This document shows positions 18,079 through 28,510 of a stretch of 57,598 nucleotides of DNA, piece by piece. The position numbers and the translations under genes are program-made. Positions within the stretch are counted from its first letter, which is position 1. Every line of letters starts with the position of its first letter. The notes below the pieces were generated by a model. The model saw nothing but the letters and a program-made list of their open reading frames with translations, was not told the origin of the DNA and made no database searches. Origin of the DNA: Bacteroidetes bacterium 4572_112 (GTDB lineage Bacteria > Bacteroidota > Bacteroidia > Bacteroidales > UBA1556); contig NIUZ01000002.1 of the NCBI GenBank assembly GCA_002254285.1, forward strand, positions 1-57,598, written 5' to 3'.

Positions 18079-20117
18079 TTAATCAACCCTATAAATCTTC
18101 TCCATACCATCAATTTTTTGCAGTTCTTGAATAATCTTTTGTAACTGAGGGCTGTCATTTACATAAATACTTGCTCTGCCTTCAAAAAGATTGTCGTGGG
18201 TGGTAATTGAAAATGATCGGATATTTACTTCCATTACACTAGTAAGGATAGTAGATATTTCTTTTACCATACCAATGGAGTCATTTCCATACATTTTTAT
18301 TCCTGTAAGAAACTGAAGCTGACCTTTTTCACGCCATTTTACCTTTATTACATTATTGCCATATTTCGACATTAGGTCTGAAGCTGATTGGCAAGTTGTG
18401 CGGTGAATACTGATGCTCTCGTCTTTTTCAATAAAGCCAATAACATCATCACCAGGCAATGGTTGACAGCATTCTGCAATGCTTATATTTGAATGATCAT
18501 ATTTTTTAGATAAGTATAAACCTTCAGGTTTCTTTTGCAATTTGCGTTGTATGGCTTCCGACAAACTATTGTCTTCATCAGCCTTGGGTTTTCTAGAAAA
18601 AGGGTTGCTAAGATATCGTCTCCAGCCACTTTGCTCCTTATTAAACTTTATAAATTCAAGGATATCCTCTTTTTTAATTTTATTATCAGCAAATTGCTTA
18701 TGCAGCATATCGAGATTAGAAATGCCAGTGAATTTCATAAAACCTATGGCGAAATCATCATTGCATTTTAGCTCTAGTTCCTCACAATACCCCTTTACTA
18801 ACTCCTTACCTTTAGCAACCTTAATCTTATTTTTATGATTAAGAGCTTGCTTTATTTGAGACTTGGCTCGAGCCGTAAAAGCCCATTTTAGCCATTCTTC
18901 ATTAACCTTATTTTTACTTGAGGTTAATATTTCTATCTGATCGCCACTACGTAATTTCTGATTTAAGGGAACTAATTGATTATTGATTTTTGCTCCAATT
19001 GCCTTATTTCCTACTTCGGAATGTATAGCGTATGCAAAGTCAATTACCTTCGATTGCTTACTCATAGTTATGATTTCACCTTTGGGAGTAAAAACGTAAA
19101 TTTCCGACGAAAAGAGGTTTAGTTTAAATTGATCTAAGAAATCAAGAGCATCAGAGTCAGGACTTTGAAGAAGCTCTCTGATTCGTGTTAACCAATCTTC
19201 AAGACCTACATCAGTTTTTGTAGCTCCTTTATATTTCCAATGAGCAGCAAAACCGCGCTCTGCAATATCGTCCATTCTTACAGTTCGAATCTGTACCTCT
19301 ACCCATCTACCTTGATTACTCATTACTGTGGTGTGTAGGGCTTCGTAACCATTGGCTTTAGGAATGGAAATCCAATCTCTAAATCTATCATGCTTTGGAA
19401 TATACTGTTCTGTAACAATAGAATATGTACGCCAGCAATCAAGCTTTTCGCGATTTAATTCAGATTCAATAATTATTCTAACAGCGAATAGGTCATATAT
19501 ATCCTCAAAATTAATCTGCTTTGTCTGCATTTTGTTCCAAATGGAGCTGATTGACTTATCACGGAATTTAATATTATATTTTATTAATTCTTCTTTAAGG
19601 TGCTTCTCAATAGGTTTAATAAAGGAAGTTATAAATTTAATTCAAGCCTATCGGCAAGCTTTATTAAAATCACCCTTACATCATCCGCTAGGGTCAACAA
19701 AATCTTTCTAAAATTCTCTGCCTGAATACTTCCTGAGTCTACAAATATTCCTGAGATCTTTGTGAGACCATCAACAATATTAGCAACTTTTTTGCCAAAC
19801 ATCACCTCTATATCATTGATAGTGTAGTTGGTGTCTTCTACTACATCATGTAATAATGCACTAATTATTGAGGTGGTTTTTAGCCCTATATCATTTGCGG
19901 TAATATATGCCACTTCCAAAGGATGCATAATATATGGCTCGCCACTTTTGCGACGCATATCCTTATGAGCTTCCACGGCAAAATGAAAAGCTTTTTGCAT
20001 TGCAGCCTTCTTCTTAGGGTCAGTTACCATTGCAGCATCTAATATCTGCTGATACTTCTCTTGAATGAGGATATTCTCTTCTTCAGGGGTTTTATTATAT
20101 GTTTCTTCCTTAGCCAT
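18079..20117 (-). pseudogene. RelA/SpoT-family (p)ppGpp synthetase/hydrolase, disrupted by an internal deletion plus frame change
   Basis: ORF 19629..20117 encodes the HD hydrolase domain (HPLEVA..., LLHDVVEDT) and stops at LADRLELNL*. The family normally continues there as LADRLHNM.... ORF 18079..19530 encodes only part of the synthetase domain plus TGS and ACT. Its frame is open back only to a TGA at 19642..19644 (IKFITSFIKPIEKHL...). About 70 residues of the inter-domain helices have no coding counterpart. Confidence 0.8.
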
Positions 20118-20235
20118 GTATTAATTTAGCGGTTTATCTTTTAACGTTGCTAAATTACTAATAATTTGTAGATGTAAAGAAGGATAAAATACGTAGTTTT
20201 GTGTTTTACAGAAATAAATATACAATAATAGATAA

Positions 20236-21315
20236 ATGAAGCTTTTAATTATATTTATAGGGTTAGTGTTCAGCACTTTTGTTGCTGCTCAAAGCGGTAA
20301 AAATGGATTCCCTGAGGATTTTGATGACTCACAAAGAGGGTTTAATTCAATGCGCATAGTTTTTTATAATGTTGAGAATTTATTTGATCCGCAAAAAGAC
20401 TCTATTAAGCATGACGAAAGCTTTACGCCTGAGGGAAATAATCATTGGAGCAAGTATAAGTATTGGACTAAGCAAAAGAAAATTGCACAAGTGCTGACTT
20501 CTGTTGGTGGTTGGGAAATGCCTAGTATTATTGGCCTGTGCGAGGTTGAGAATAAACACGCCTTAATAAATTTGGCATACCATACCAGCTTAAAAAATAG
20601 TAAATATGCTATAGTTCATCATGAGTCAGAGGATTATAGAGGAATTGATGTTGCACTTTTGTATCGTAAAGAAAAGTTTAAGGTGATTAAGGATACGGCA
20701 TATAATGTTCGCTTTTCTTTTGATAAGAATTCTCGAACACGAAATATACTACATATCACTGGAATAGCTTTAGATACTGATACTCTGCATATATTCGTAA
20801 CGCATTGGCCATCGAAATATGGTGGTGCTTTTGTTACAATTCCTAAGCGAAAGTTTGTGGCAAGCGAGATTCGTAAATATTCGCAGCAGATATTGAAAAA
20901 GAACCCCTATGCGAATATTATAATAATGGGCGATTTTAATGATACCCCTGATGAAGTAAGTGTTACTAAAGGATTAAAAGCTAGGTCGCCCGATAATTAT
21001 AAGGAGGGCGATTTGGTAAATCTTATGTATCCCCTGATGAGTGAAAAAATTGGCAGCCACTTTTATGCTGGAGAAACTGGGAGCGAATGGTCGGTATTGG
21101 ATCAAATGGTGGTTAGTAGTAATCTTTTAGATAAAACAAACTTGCTTAAAGTTAAGGGGAATAAGGCTCATATTTTCTCGGCGGACTTTCTTTTAGAAAA
21201 GAATAATAAAGGAATTATTGTTCCCAATAGAACTTTCATAGGGATGAAATATCATGGTGGATTTTCTGATCATTTGCCTGTATATATGGATATTAAGATT
21301 GGAAATAAGGAATAG
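20236..21315 (+). CDS. Secreted endonuclease/exonuclease/phosphatase (EEP) family protein
   Basis: Signal peptide MKLLIIFIGLVFSTFVAAQ. EEP motifs (YNVENLF, GLCEVEN, GDFND, SDHLPV). A TAgtTTTG box lies at 20194..20201. Confidence 0.85.
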   Translation: MKLLIIFIGLVFSTFVAAQSGKNGFPEDFDDSQRGFNSMRIVFYNVENLFDPQKDSIKHDESFTPEGNNHWSKYKYWTKQKKIAQVLTSVGGWEMPSIIGLCEVENKHALINLAYHTSLKNSKYAIVHHESEDYRGIDVALLYRKEKFKVIKDTAYNVRFSFDKNSRTRNILHITGIALDTDTLHIFVTHWPSKYGGAFVTIPKRKFVASEIRKYSQQILKKNPYANIIIMGDFNDTPDEVSVTKGLKARSPDNYKEGDLVNLMYPLMSEKIGSHFYAGETGSEWSVLDQMVVSSNLLDKTNLLKVKGNKAHIFSADFLLEKNNKGIIVPNRTFIGMKYHGGFSDHLPVYMDIKIGNKE

Positions 21316-21400
21316 TATACACTCAATAATTAATAAATATTAAAGAGCTAGAATAAATCCATATTTTTGCACAACATTTACTTTAAAACAAAAACAAATT

Positions 21401-21823
21401 ATGGCTTATTATTGGTATATAATTATCATTTTGGTATTGGCAATTGCTGTTTTCATGATACAACGTTATCGTATGTATATGTCGGGTATTAATACTCCTG
21501 ATAGTGAGAAATTAGCAAAGTTTACGGACAAAAATTTTGCTCATCAGATAAAGAACGGAATTGTATTAATCGACTTTTGGGCAGAATGGTGTCAGCCATG
21601 TAAAATTCAAGGTCCTATAGTAAGTCAATTGGCTGAAGACAATGAAGATAAGAACGTGAAAGTTGGAAAATTTGACGTTGAGAAAAATCCCAAAATAGCT
21701 CAAAAACTAGGCATTAAAAACATCCCAACAATTATTATTTTTAAAAGTGGTAAAGAAGCAAATCGCTTAGTAGGTCTGAAAAATAAAAAAGCATTGGCCA
21801 AAGCTATTTCAGAGCTTAAGTAG
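21401..21823 (+). CDS. Thioredoxin with N-terminal membrane anchor
   Basis: One N-terminal TM helix followed by a thioredoxin fold. The active site is WAEWCQPCK (CQPC instead of CGPC). A TAttTTTG box lies at 21362..21369. Confidence 0.85.
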   Translation: MAYYWYIIIILVLAIAVFMIQRYRMYMSGINTPDSEKLAKFTDKNFAHQIKNGIVLIDFWAEWCQPCKIQGPIVSQLAEDNEDKNVKVGKFDVEKNPKIAQKLGIKNIPTIIIFKSGKEANRLVGLKNKKALAKAISELK

Positions 21824-21867
21824 AGCTTTAAATATAGTTTTTATAAATATATTCATATATAATTTTC

Positions 21868-23478
21868 ATGAAAAACCTTTTAATACGCATTATTGCTCTT
21901 TTGGTTTTGGTTGCAAGCTTTACGTCTTGTAAATCAACACAAAAAGCTGCTGCTCCAAAGGATGAACAGGTATCGACTTATGAGCTTACAAATATTTTTT
22001 TGGGAGCAAAGCGCGATTTGTTAAAGGGGAAAAGAAGCTCTGCATTAGATGGCTTTGCTAAATGTATAAGCCTAAACCCAAATCATGATGCTTCATATTA
22101 TGAAATGGCTCGTATTTTTGAATATGAAAACCCAGATAAATCATTAGAACTGATTTCTAAAGCGGCAAATATTGACCCCAATAATATTTGGTATAAAGAG
22201 TTTCAAATTCGATTATATCAGGATCAAAGGCAGTATGATAAAGCATTGGCAGTTAATAAGCAATTAATAAAACTGCAGCCAAAAAACAAGAACTACTATT
22301 ACCAAAGGGCAAACTTATATATTTATAAAAAGGATAATAAGAATGCGGGTAAAACCTATGACCAGATTATAGAATTATTTGGATATGAGCAGGGAGTTTT
22401 GGACCAGAAGAAGCAAATTTATTTGAGTAATGGTGAATATAAAAAAGCTCTGATAGTTCTTGAAGAGTTAATAGCGCATAACCCTAATAATAAGAGTTAT
22501 TATGGAATGGTTGCTGAAATATACCTTAGCCAAGGAGATACAGAATCGGCGATGGAATATTATAAAAAAATACTTGCCATAGACCCCAACGATGGATATG
22601 TGCATTTTGCTTTGGCTGATTTTTATTCTGCCAAGGGCGAAAAACAAAATTCATTTGATGAATTAAAGAAAGGAATGGCTGAGCCTAGCTTGGATATTGA
22701 TTCTAAAATGAAGGTTTTGATACAATTACAGAATTCTATTAAAACAGATAGTAGCATAACACCTTATTTTGAAAAGCTGTTATTAATAGCAACAAATACA
22801 CATCCTAAGTCGCCAAAAATATTAGCTGTAAATGCTGATTATAATTTTAATAATGGAGACACAGAAGTAGCAATTGATTATTATAAACGCATACTGGCAG
22901 TAGATAGTAGTAGGTTCGTAATATGGGAACAGTTGCTGATTGCTGCTAATAATATTTCTGATACTAAGAGCTTATTAAATTATAGTGAAAGGGCATTGCA
23001 CTTATTTCCTCAGCAGGCAAGTTTATACTTTTATAATGGAGTTGCAAATGCAGATTTAGGAAACTGGAAAGAAGTAAAGCAGAAGGCAAAAATGGGGAAC
23101 AATTTTTTATACAAAAAGAATGAAAAGGCTATGATGCTTTCATTAAGAGCTAAGGCTGAAATGCATTTGGGAGAAATTGATAATGCTGTAGCAAATTATA
23201 ATACAGCACTTATGTTAGATCCCCAAAATATTGATATTGTTCGAGATTATGCTTACTACCTTGCTCTTAATAAGCGAGATATGGACAGAGCAATTGCACT
23301 GGCTAAAAAAGCTTTGGAAATAGATATTGATAATCCCTATAGTGTATTTGTATACGCCTATAGTTTATATCAAGATGGGCAAAAAGAAGAAGCTAATAAA
23401 TGGGTAAAGCTAGCATTGATTAAGTACCCAAATAATAAACAAATACAGCTCCTTGATCTGGAGATTAATAAATCGTAA
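21868..23478 (+). CDS. Tetratricopeptide-repeat lipoprotein
   Basis: Lipobox LVASFTSC, then multiple TPR units. Confidence 0.8.
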   Translation: MKNLLIRIIALLVLVASFTSCKSTQKAAAPKDEQVSTYELTNIFLGAKRDLLKGKRSSALDGFAKCISLNPNHDASYYEMARIFEYENPDKSLELISKAANIDPNNIWYKEFQIRLYQDQRQYDKALAVNKQLIKLQPKNKNYYYQRANLYIYKKDNKNAGKTYDQIIELFGYEQGVLDQKKQIYLSNGEYKKALIVLEELIAHNPNNKSYYGMVAEIYLSQGDTESAMEYYKKILAIDPNDGYVHFALADFYSAKGEKQNSFDELKKGMAEPSLDIDSKMKVLIQLQNSIKTDSSITPYFEKLLLIATNTHPKSPKILAVNADYNFNNGDTEVAIDYYKRILAVDSSRFVIWEQLLIAANNISDTKSLLNYSERALHLFPQQASLYFYNGVANADLGNWKEVKQKAKMGNNFLYKKNEKAMMLSLRAKAEMHLGEIDNAVANYNTALMLDPQNIDIVRDYAYYLALNKRDMDRAIALAKKALEIDIDNPYSVFVYAYSLYQDGQKEEANKWVKLALIKYPNNKQIQLLDLEINKS

Positions 23479-23482
23479 TAAG

Positions 23483-24337
23483 ATGCAAAAGTTAGTAATA
23501 TATATACTTTTATTGAGCATTTTTTTTGCTTCATGTAGTAGGAAAAAGAATGTTGAAGTTGTTGAAGTAGCCAAACAAACGGAGGTAGATTCTGTTTATA
23601 AGTTGATGAATAGTAATGAGTTTGATGCTGAATGGTTCAGCGCTAAATTTAAAGGCACATATCATCGACCTGACGATAATCAGATGTTTAATGGGCAAAT
23701 AAGAATTCGTAAGGACAGCCTTATTTGGGTAAGTATTACTGCGGTTATGGGGATTGAGGTTTTTAGGGTGCAGATTATGCCCGACAGTCTTACTTTCATA
23801 AATAGATTGGAGAAAACTTACATCACCTCAAGTACCGATTATCTTCGTAAAAGAGTAGGTGTTGACGTGGATTTTGAAATGCTAGAATCAGTTATTTTGG
23901 GAAATGATTTCCCTTATTATCAAACAGATGTTTTTAAGCTAAGTAATAGGGGCGAAAACTATCTATTGAGCACATTTTCGCGACGAAAAATCAAAAAACA
24001 GAATAATGATGTGGTAAAAGGCTCTAGAATACTGATGCAGAATATACTTATTGATAAAAATACTTATAAGATTAATAAGCAGACGGTAAAGGTAGTAGGA
24101 GACGATAGAACAAAGCTACGCATATATTACGATAATTTTGAAATGGTAGAAGGGCAGCTTTTCCCTCATAAAATTATTATTAAGTATAAGGAAGATAATA
24201 AGACTTTTATAGAGTTTAATTTCTCAAATATTGAGATTAATAATAAGCTAAGATTCCCATTTAAGATATCTAAGAAGTATTCGCAAGAAAAAATTGAAGA
24301 TAGAAAGAAAGCACAGAAGAACAAGAAGCTTAATTAA
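23483..24337 (+). CDS. DUF4292-like (LolB-like) lipoprotein
   Basis: ATG at 23483 gives MQKLVIYILLLSIFFASC (lipobox). The TPR - DUF4292 - M23 gene order is conserved in Bacteroidota. Confidence 0.75.
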   Translation: MQKLVIYILLLSIFFASCSRKKNVEVVEVAKQTEVDSVYKLMNSNEFDAEWFSAKFKGTYHRPDDNQMFNGQIRIRKDSLIWVSITAVMGIEVFRVQIMPDSLTFINRLEKTYITSSTDYLRKRVGVDVDFEMLESVILGNDFPYYQTDVFKLSNRGENYLLSTFSRRKIKKQNNDVVKGSRILMQNILIDKNTYKINKQTVKVVGDDRTKLRIYYDNFEMVEGQLFPHKIIIKYKEDNKTFIEFNFSNIEINNKLRFPFKISKKYSQEKIEDRKKAQKNKKLN

Positions 24338-24432
24338 CAATCCACATTTAATAATAAATTTATTATTGCAATAAGTGTAGAAATAGACGTTATAAATTAG
24401 CGTTTATATAATAATTAATAATCCGAATAACT

Positions 24433-25656
24433 GTGCATAGAGTTTTCTCGCGTAACATACTGATAGTAATACTGCTTATGGTTTTTGTGGGTGCGTCTAA
24501 TATTACGTATGCACAAAGCAAAAAGAAAACTAAAAAGCAATTACAGTCGCAGCAAAAAAGCATTACTCGTAAAATTAATTATACCAAGCAACTTCTAAAA
24601 GAAACTAAGCACAAAAAAAACTCCTCATTAAACGAGCTAAGTTTATTACGAAATCAAGTTAAGGAGCGTAAGCAGTTGATTAATTCTTACGGAAATGAGA
24701 TTGCTTTAATTGATAATCAGATTAAGAATAATACCCAAGATATTCAGAAACTAGAAAGCGATTTAAAGTCTTTAAAGGAGGAGTATTCGGAGCTTATTTA
24801 TCAGTCATATAAGAGTAGAGATAATTTTGATCAGTGGATGTTTTTGTTTGCTAGCAAGGATTTTTATCAGGCAATGCGACGTATGCGTTATTTGCGAGAA
24901 TATACTGAATATAGGCGCGAGAAAGCTCAGGCCATTGAAAAAACTAAGCAACAGCTTGAAGAAGAAATTAAGGAATTAGAAGCTCAAAAAGAGGAGCGAC
25001 TAGGTTTATTGATAACCAAAGAAGTGGAGGCTCAGGAGCTTGAGAAGGATCGTGCTAAAAAGCAAGTTAGTATTGCCAAGTTGCAAAGAGAAGAAAAGGC
25101 GCTGCGTAAGCAATTGAGAAAGCAACAAAAAGAATGGGATAGCTTAAGTAAGAAAATTCAGAAAATTATTGAGGACGAATTCCGTAAAAAATCTCCTAGT
25201 GGTAAGCGTATTCCATTGAGCCCTGCGGAGGTAGCTTTGGGTAACGAATTTGCATCCAATATTGGTAAACTCCCTTGGCCAACTTCACGAGCTCGTATAG
25301 TTAGTAAGTTTGGAAAACATCAGCATCCCGATATGCCAGGTATTATTGTGAATAATAAGGGCTTGGATTTCCGCTGCGAAAAAGGCTCCATTACCAAGGC
25401 TGTATTTGCAGGAAAAGTAACTAAGATATTTGTAATGCCTCGCTATTATAAAGTGATAATGGTGCGCCATGGCGACTATTTTACAATATATAGTAATATA
25501 AAGGATGTGTTTGTAAAAGAAGGAGATATGGTTAAGCTTAATCAGAAATTAGGTAGTGTTTGGACTGATCCTAATACTGATGAAACCATTTTACACTTTG
25601 AACTACGAAAGGAAAAAGTACCTCAAAATCCACAAAAATGGATACTTAGGAGGTAG
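24433..25656 (+). CDS. Murein hydrolase activator EnvC-like / peptidase M23 family protein
   Basis: GTG start and signal peptide. Long coiled coil, then a C-terminal LytM/M23 domain (GLDF..., HFELRK). Confidence 0.85.
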   Translation: MHRVFSRNILIVILLMVFVGASNITYAQSKKKTKKQLQSQQKSITRKINYTKQLLKETKHKKNSSLNELSLLRNQVKERKQLINSYGNEIALIDNQIKNNTQDIQKLESDLKSLKEEYSELIYQSYKSRDNFDQWMFLFASKDFYQAMRRMRYLREYTEYRREKAQAIEKTKQQLEEEIKELEAQKEERLGLLITKEVEAQELEKDRAKKQVSIAKLQREEKALRKQLRKQQKEWDSLSKKIQKIIEDEFRKKSPSGKRIPLSPAEVALGNEFASNIGKLPWPTSRARIVSKFGKHQHPDMPGIIVNNKGLDFRCEKGSITKAVFAGKVTKIFVMPRYYKVIMVRHGDYFTIYSNIKDVFVKEGDMVKLNQKLGSVWTDPNTDETILHFELRKEKVPQNPQKWILRR

Positions 25657-25657
25657 A

Positions 25658-25703
25658 GGGTTAGGAATGAAGAATTAGGAATGGAGAATGAAGAATTGGG
25701 AAT
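25658..25703. repeat. GGAAT-rich word repeat (gaatgaagaatt twice, 20-bp period)
   Basis: gggttaggaatgaagaattaggaatggagaatgaagaattgggaat. Related 'gggttaggg/aattaaggg' words occur at 25771..25795. Confidence 0.7.
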
Positions 25704-25886
25704 TTATCTCACGATTTAGGATAGTAGTTGCCGATTAACAAATTACGATTCAACATATTTTGAAACATTAAGGGGTTAGGGAATTAAGGGTTTTAGTAAA
25801 CTAGCTTCGCTTTAAAAACAATACGAATAGAACGACCAATTATACCAAATTGGGATTAAACAAATACTTAAATAAACGATTCAACA

Positions 25887-27333
25887 TTAATTAATTATTA
25901 TTTTCTTAATTATTACTCCTTTAGTGGTATGTATTTTAGAAATATAAATACCTTTACTCAAGTCTGATACCTTATATGAATACTGCTTTGTGTTTAGTTC
26001 AACACTATTCAAAAGGGCTCCATTGATAGCAAAAATCTCAATTCTTCTTATATTATCATCACTGCTTTCAAAATGTATAACATCTTGCGATGGATTTGGA
26101 TAAATTGAAATATTTGATTTTATAGGTGTATTTATGCCAGCAGAAATAGTTTCTGCAATAGTAATAATCATTGTATCAATAGCAATGTTATTACATCTAT
26201 CAATTAAAAAAACCGATACGGGTACATCCCCAATATCATTTACGGTAAAATAATACTGACTTAATTGAATTTCACAAGTTGGGCAGTATGTTGCTTTGAT
26301 AAACAAATCGTCTGGACTGATAAATTTAGTTCCGTTGTCTTTTAGAAAGATTACGGTGTCCATAACAGAAACGCTTAAGCTAATGTTGTCGAGCTGTGGT
26401 ACCGACATAAAGTAAGTTACAGGCATACCGTTAAAATCCATATCACCAACCCAGCTAGTGTCTGTAATTGTAAGATTTGTAGCATCAATAATACTTCCTT
26501 GCGAAGTTCCGTCGGTATAATTATAAGTCATTACTGACCTGTCATCATTAAACCACCAATAGCCAAATCTACCGTTAGAATCCCACCATGTGGCATCAGA
26601 AAGTAGCTTTGTGTCAGCGTCATAAGGCATTGTTATTCCGAATAATATCATCGAATCTGTTATCCATGTTTTATCATCGCATAAGCCGCACATCTGTAAT
26701 TCTGCGGTATTTAAATCCCTAATTACAACAGTTATATTTGTTGTGTTATTGGTGTCAATAGAAGATGAAGTGCTATCAATAGTGAACCTATTTGTATTAT
26801 AGTTTTTGCGAATATTGAACAAATATTTTTGTGGTAATAATGACCTTATTTCTGTTTGTCCATTGATGTCTGTATATTTTGCTTTGGTAATTCTGCAGGA
26901 GTCTATATTCCATTTTTCTTTAGTATCGTAAAGCATAACTTTAGCACCACTAACAGGGTTTCCTGATGTGTCAGTTACTGTAAATATTATTCCATTACTA
27001 TTTATTAAATCAACTTTATGAAAAATAATTCCATTATGACCACCTAATAAAGTTATGGTTTCATCAGTATGAGTAAATTGTAGTGACTGTACTGATGGTG
27101 AAATATTTAAAGTATATGAAGTGTCATTATTAGGAATATCAAAAGTGTAATTACCATTTTTATCACAAACATATTCGTATACCGTTGCTGGGTCCGAAAT
27201 GGGGGATAGTTTTACAATAGCATTTGGAATTAAAAAGCCAAAATTATCCGACATTTGCAATACCAATTTTATTCTGTGCCAATAATGAAATAGATAAAGA
27301 TAGGCTAATTAATAGAGTAGTAAGTGTTTTCAT
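25887..27333 (-). pseudogene. T9SS-sorted protein (carboxypeptidase-regulatory-like domains + CTD), frameshifted between signal peptide and mature part
   Basis: ATG at 27333 encodes MKTLTTLLISLSLSISLLAQNKIGIANVG*, a clean Sec signal that stops at 27244..27246. The 459-aa body (25887..27266) is in another frame and has no signal peptide. The body ends in a T9SS CTD (IYPNPSQDVIHFE...GIYISKI...KKIIIN). Confidence 0.65.
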
Positions 27334-27395
27334 GTTTGCTTTGATAGATGGATTAATAATATTGCTAAGATATTAAAATAAGATGGACGAAAAAA

Positions 27396-27456
27396 GGGTC
27401 CTTCGGTAAACTCAGGAGGATAGAGGACCCCGATGAGAATCGGGAGGATAGAGGAC
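27396..27456. repeat. REP-like mosaic element, family A (copy a1)
   Basis: gggtccttcggtaaactcaggaggatagaggaccccgatgagaatcgggaggatagaggac. It shares an exact 22-mer (reverse complement) with 56652..56673, and ggatagagg and cccgat..atcggg modules with 31374..31442 and 39563..39634. Confidence 0.85.
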
Positions 27457-27513
27457 AAGAATCAAAGAATAAGCCCTCCCAATTAATCATTAACAATTAA
27501 TACCTAACATTAT

Positions 27514-28047
27514 TTAATCTCTATCCTTAAAAACATCAGTATTATCTACCACCTGACCGGCGTATTGTTGCACTTCTTCGCTCATATATCTTAGCTCTAG
27601 GCCAACCTCTTTGAACATAGCCTCAGATTCTTCACCAGAGTGATATTTCTTTTCGCAAACAACTCGCTCTATTCCGCAATTGATAATAAGCATAGCACAA
27701 GTTCGGCATGGAGTCATTCGGCAATAAAGAGTTGCTCCATCAAGAGCAATACCACGGCGAGCAGCCTGTGTTATAGCGTTTTGCTCAGCATGTACTGTTC
27801 TAACACAATGCTGGGTAATATGGCCGTCTTCGTGAACCATTTTTTTGAAAAGGTGCCCCACATCATCGCAATGTGCAAGTCCTTTTGGCGAGCCTACATA
27901 ACCTGTTACTAATATTTGCTTTTCTTTGGTAATAACACAGCCACTTCGCCCTCTATCGCAAGTAGCACGGTGGGCAACGGTGTCAGCCAACTCTATAAAA
28001 TACTCGTCCCATGATGGGCGAATGTGTTTTTTATCTTCTTCAGTCAT
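27514..28047 (-). CDS. dCMP (deoxycytidylate) deaminase
   Basis: Zinc motifs HAEQNAI and PCRTCA. 177 aa. Confidence 0.9.
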   Translation of the reverse strand: MTEEDKKHIRPSWDEYFIELADTVAHRATCDRGRSGCVITKEKQILVTGYVGSPKGLAHCDDVGHLFKKMVHEDGHITQHCVRTVHAEQNAITQAARRGIALDGATLYCRMTPCRTCAMLIINCGIERVVCEKKYHSGEESEAMFKEVGLELRYMSEEVQQYAGQVVDNTDVFKDRD

Positions 28048-28054
28048 AATAATG

Positions 28055-28506
28055 CTATTTGCTAATATTATTAATTACTTCTCTTATTTTGCTATTCAAT
28101 TCTTTCAAATCACCATTATTATTAAACACAAAATCAGCCATTGAAATACATTTTGCCAAATTCTGCTTATTGGGATCATCGGTATTCATTTCGCGCTCTT
28201 CGTTGGCTACAAATGTTTTATAATCAACATTATCGGTGCTAGATTTTCGTATCTGAATTCTATCGAAACGAACCCTACTATCGGCATCCACCGCAAATAA
28301 GTAAAAAATGATGGCGAATTATTAGCTCTCAATTCATTGGCAACCATAGTCATACTATCGCGATTTACCTCCATGCCTCTATCACGAATTACCTCTATAA
28401 GATAGTCGCGCACAGAGTAATGTGCATAGCTATATTCGTCTTTTAGTAAATCCACAATAGTGCCTTTTCCAGCGCCCAAAGTGCCTGTTATTCCTATTAC
28501 GTTCAT
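28055..28506 (-). pseudogene. P-loop nucleoside/nucleotide kinase-like protein (dephospho-CoA-kinase/AAA_17-like), frameshifted
   Basis: The N-terminal ORF has Walker A GITGTLGAGKGT. The reading frame switches at the A6 run at 28303..28308. One extra A would give a continuous ~150-aa protein (...NNSPSFFYLFAVDADSRVRFDRI...). Confidence 0.7.
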
Positions 28507-28510
28507 TATA

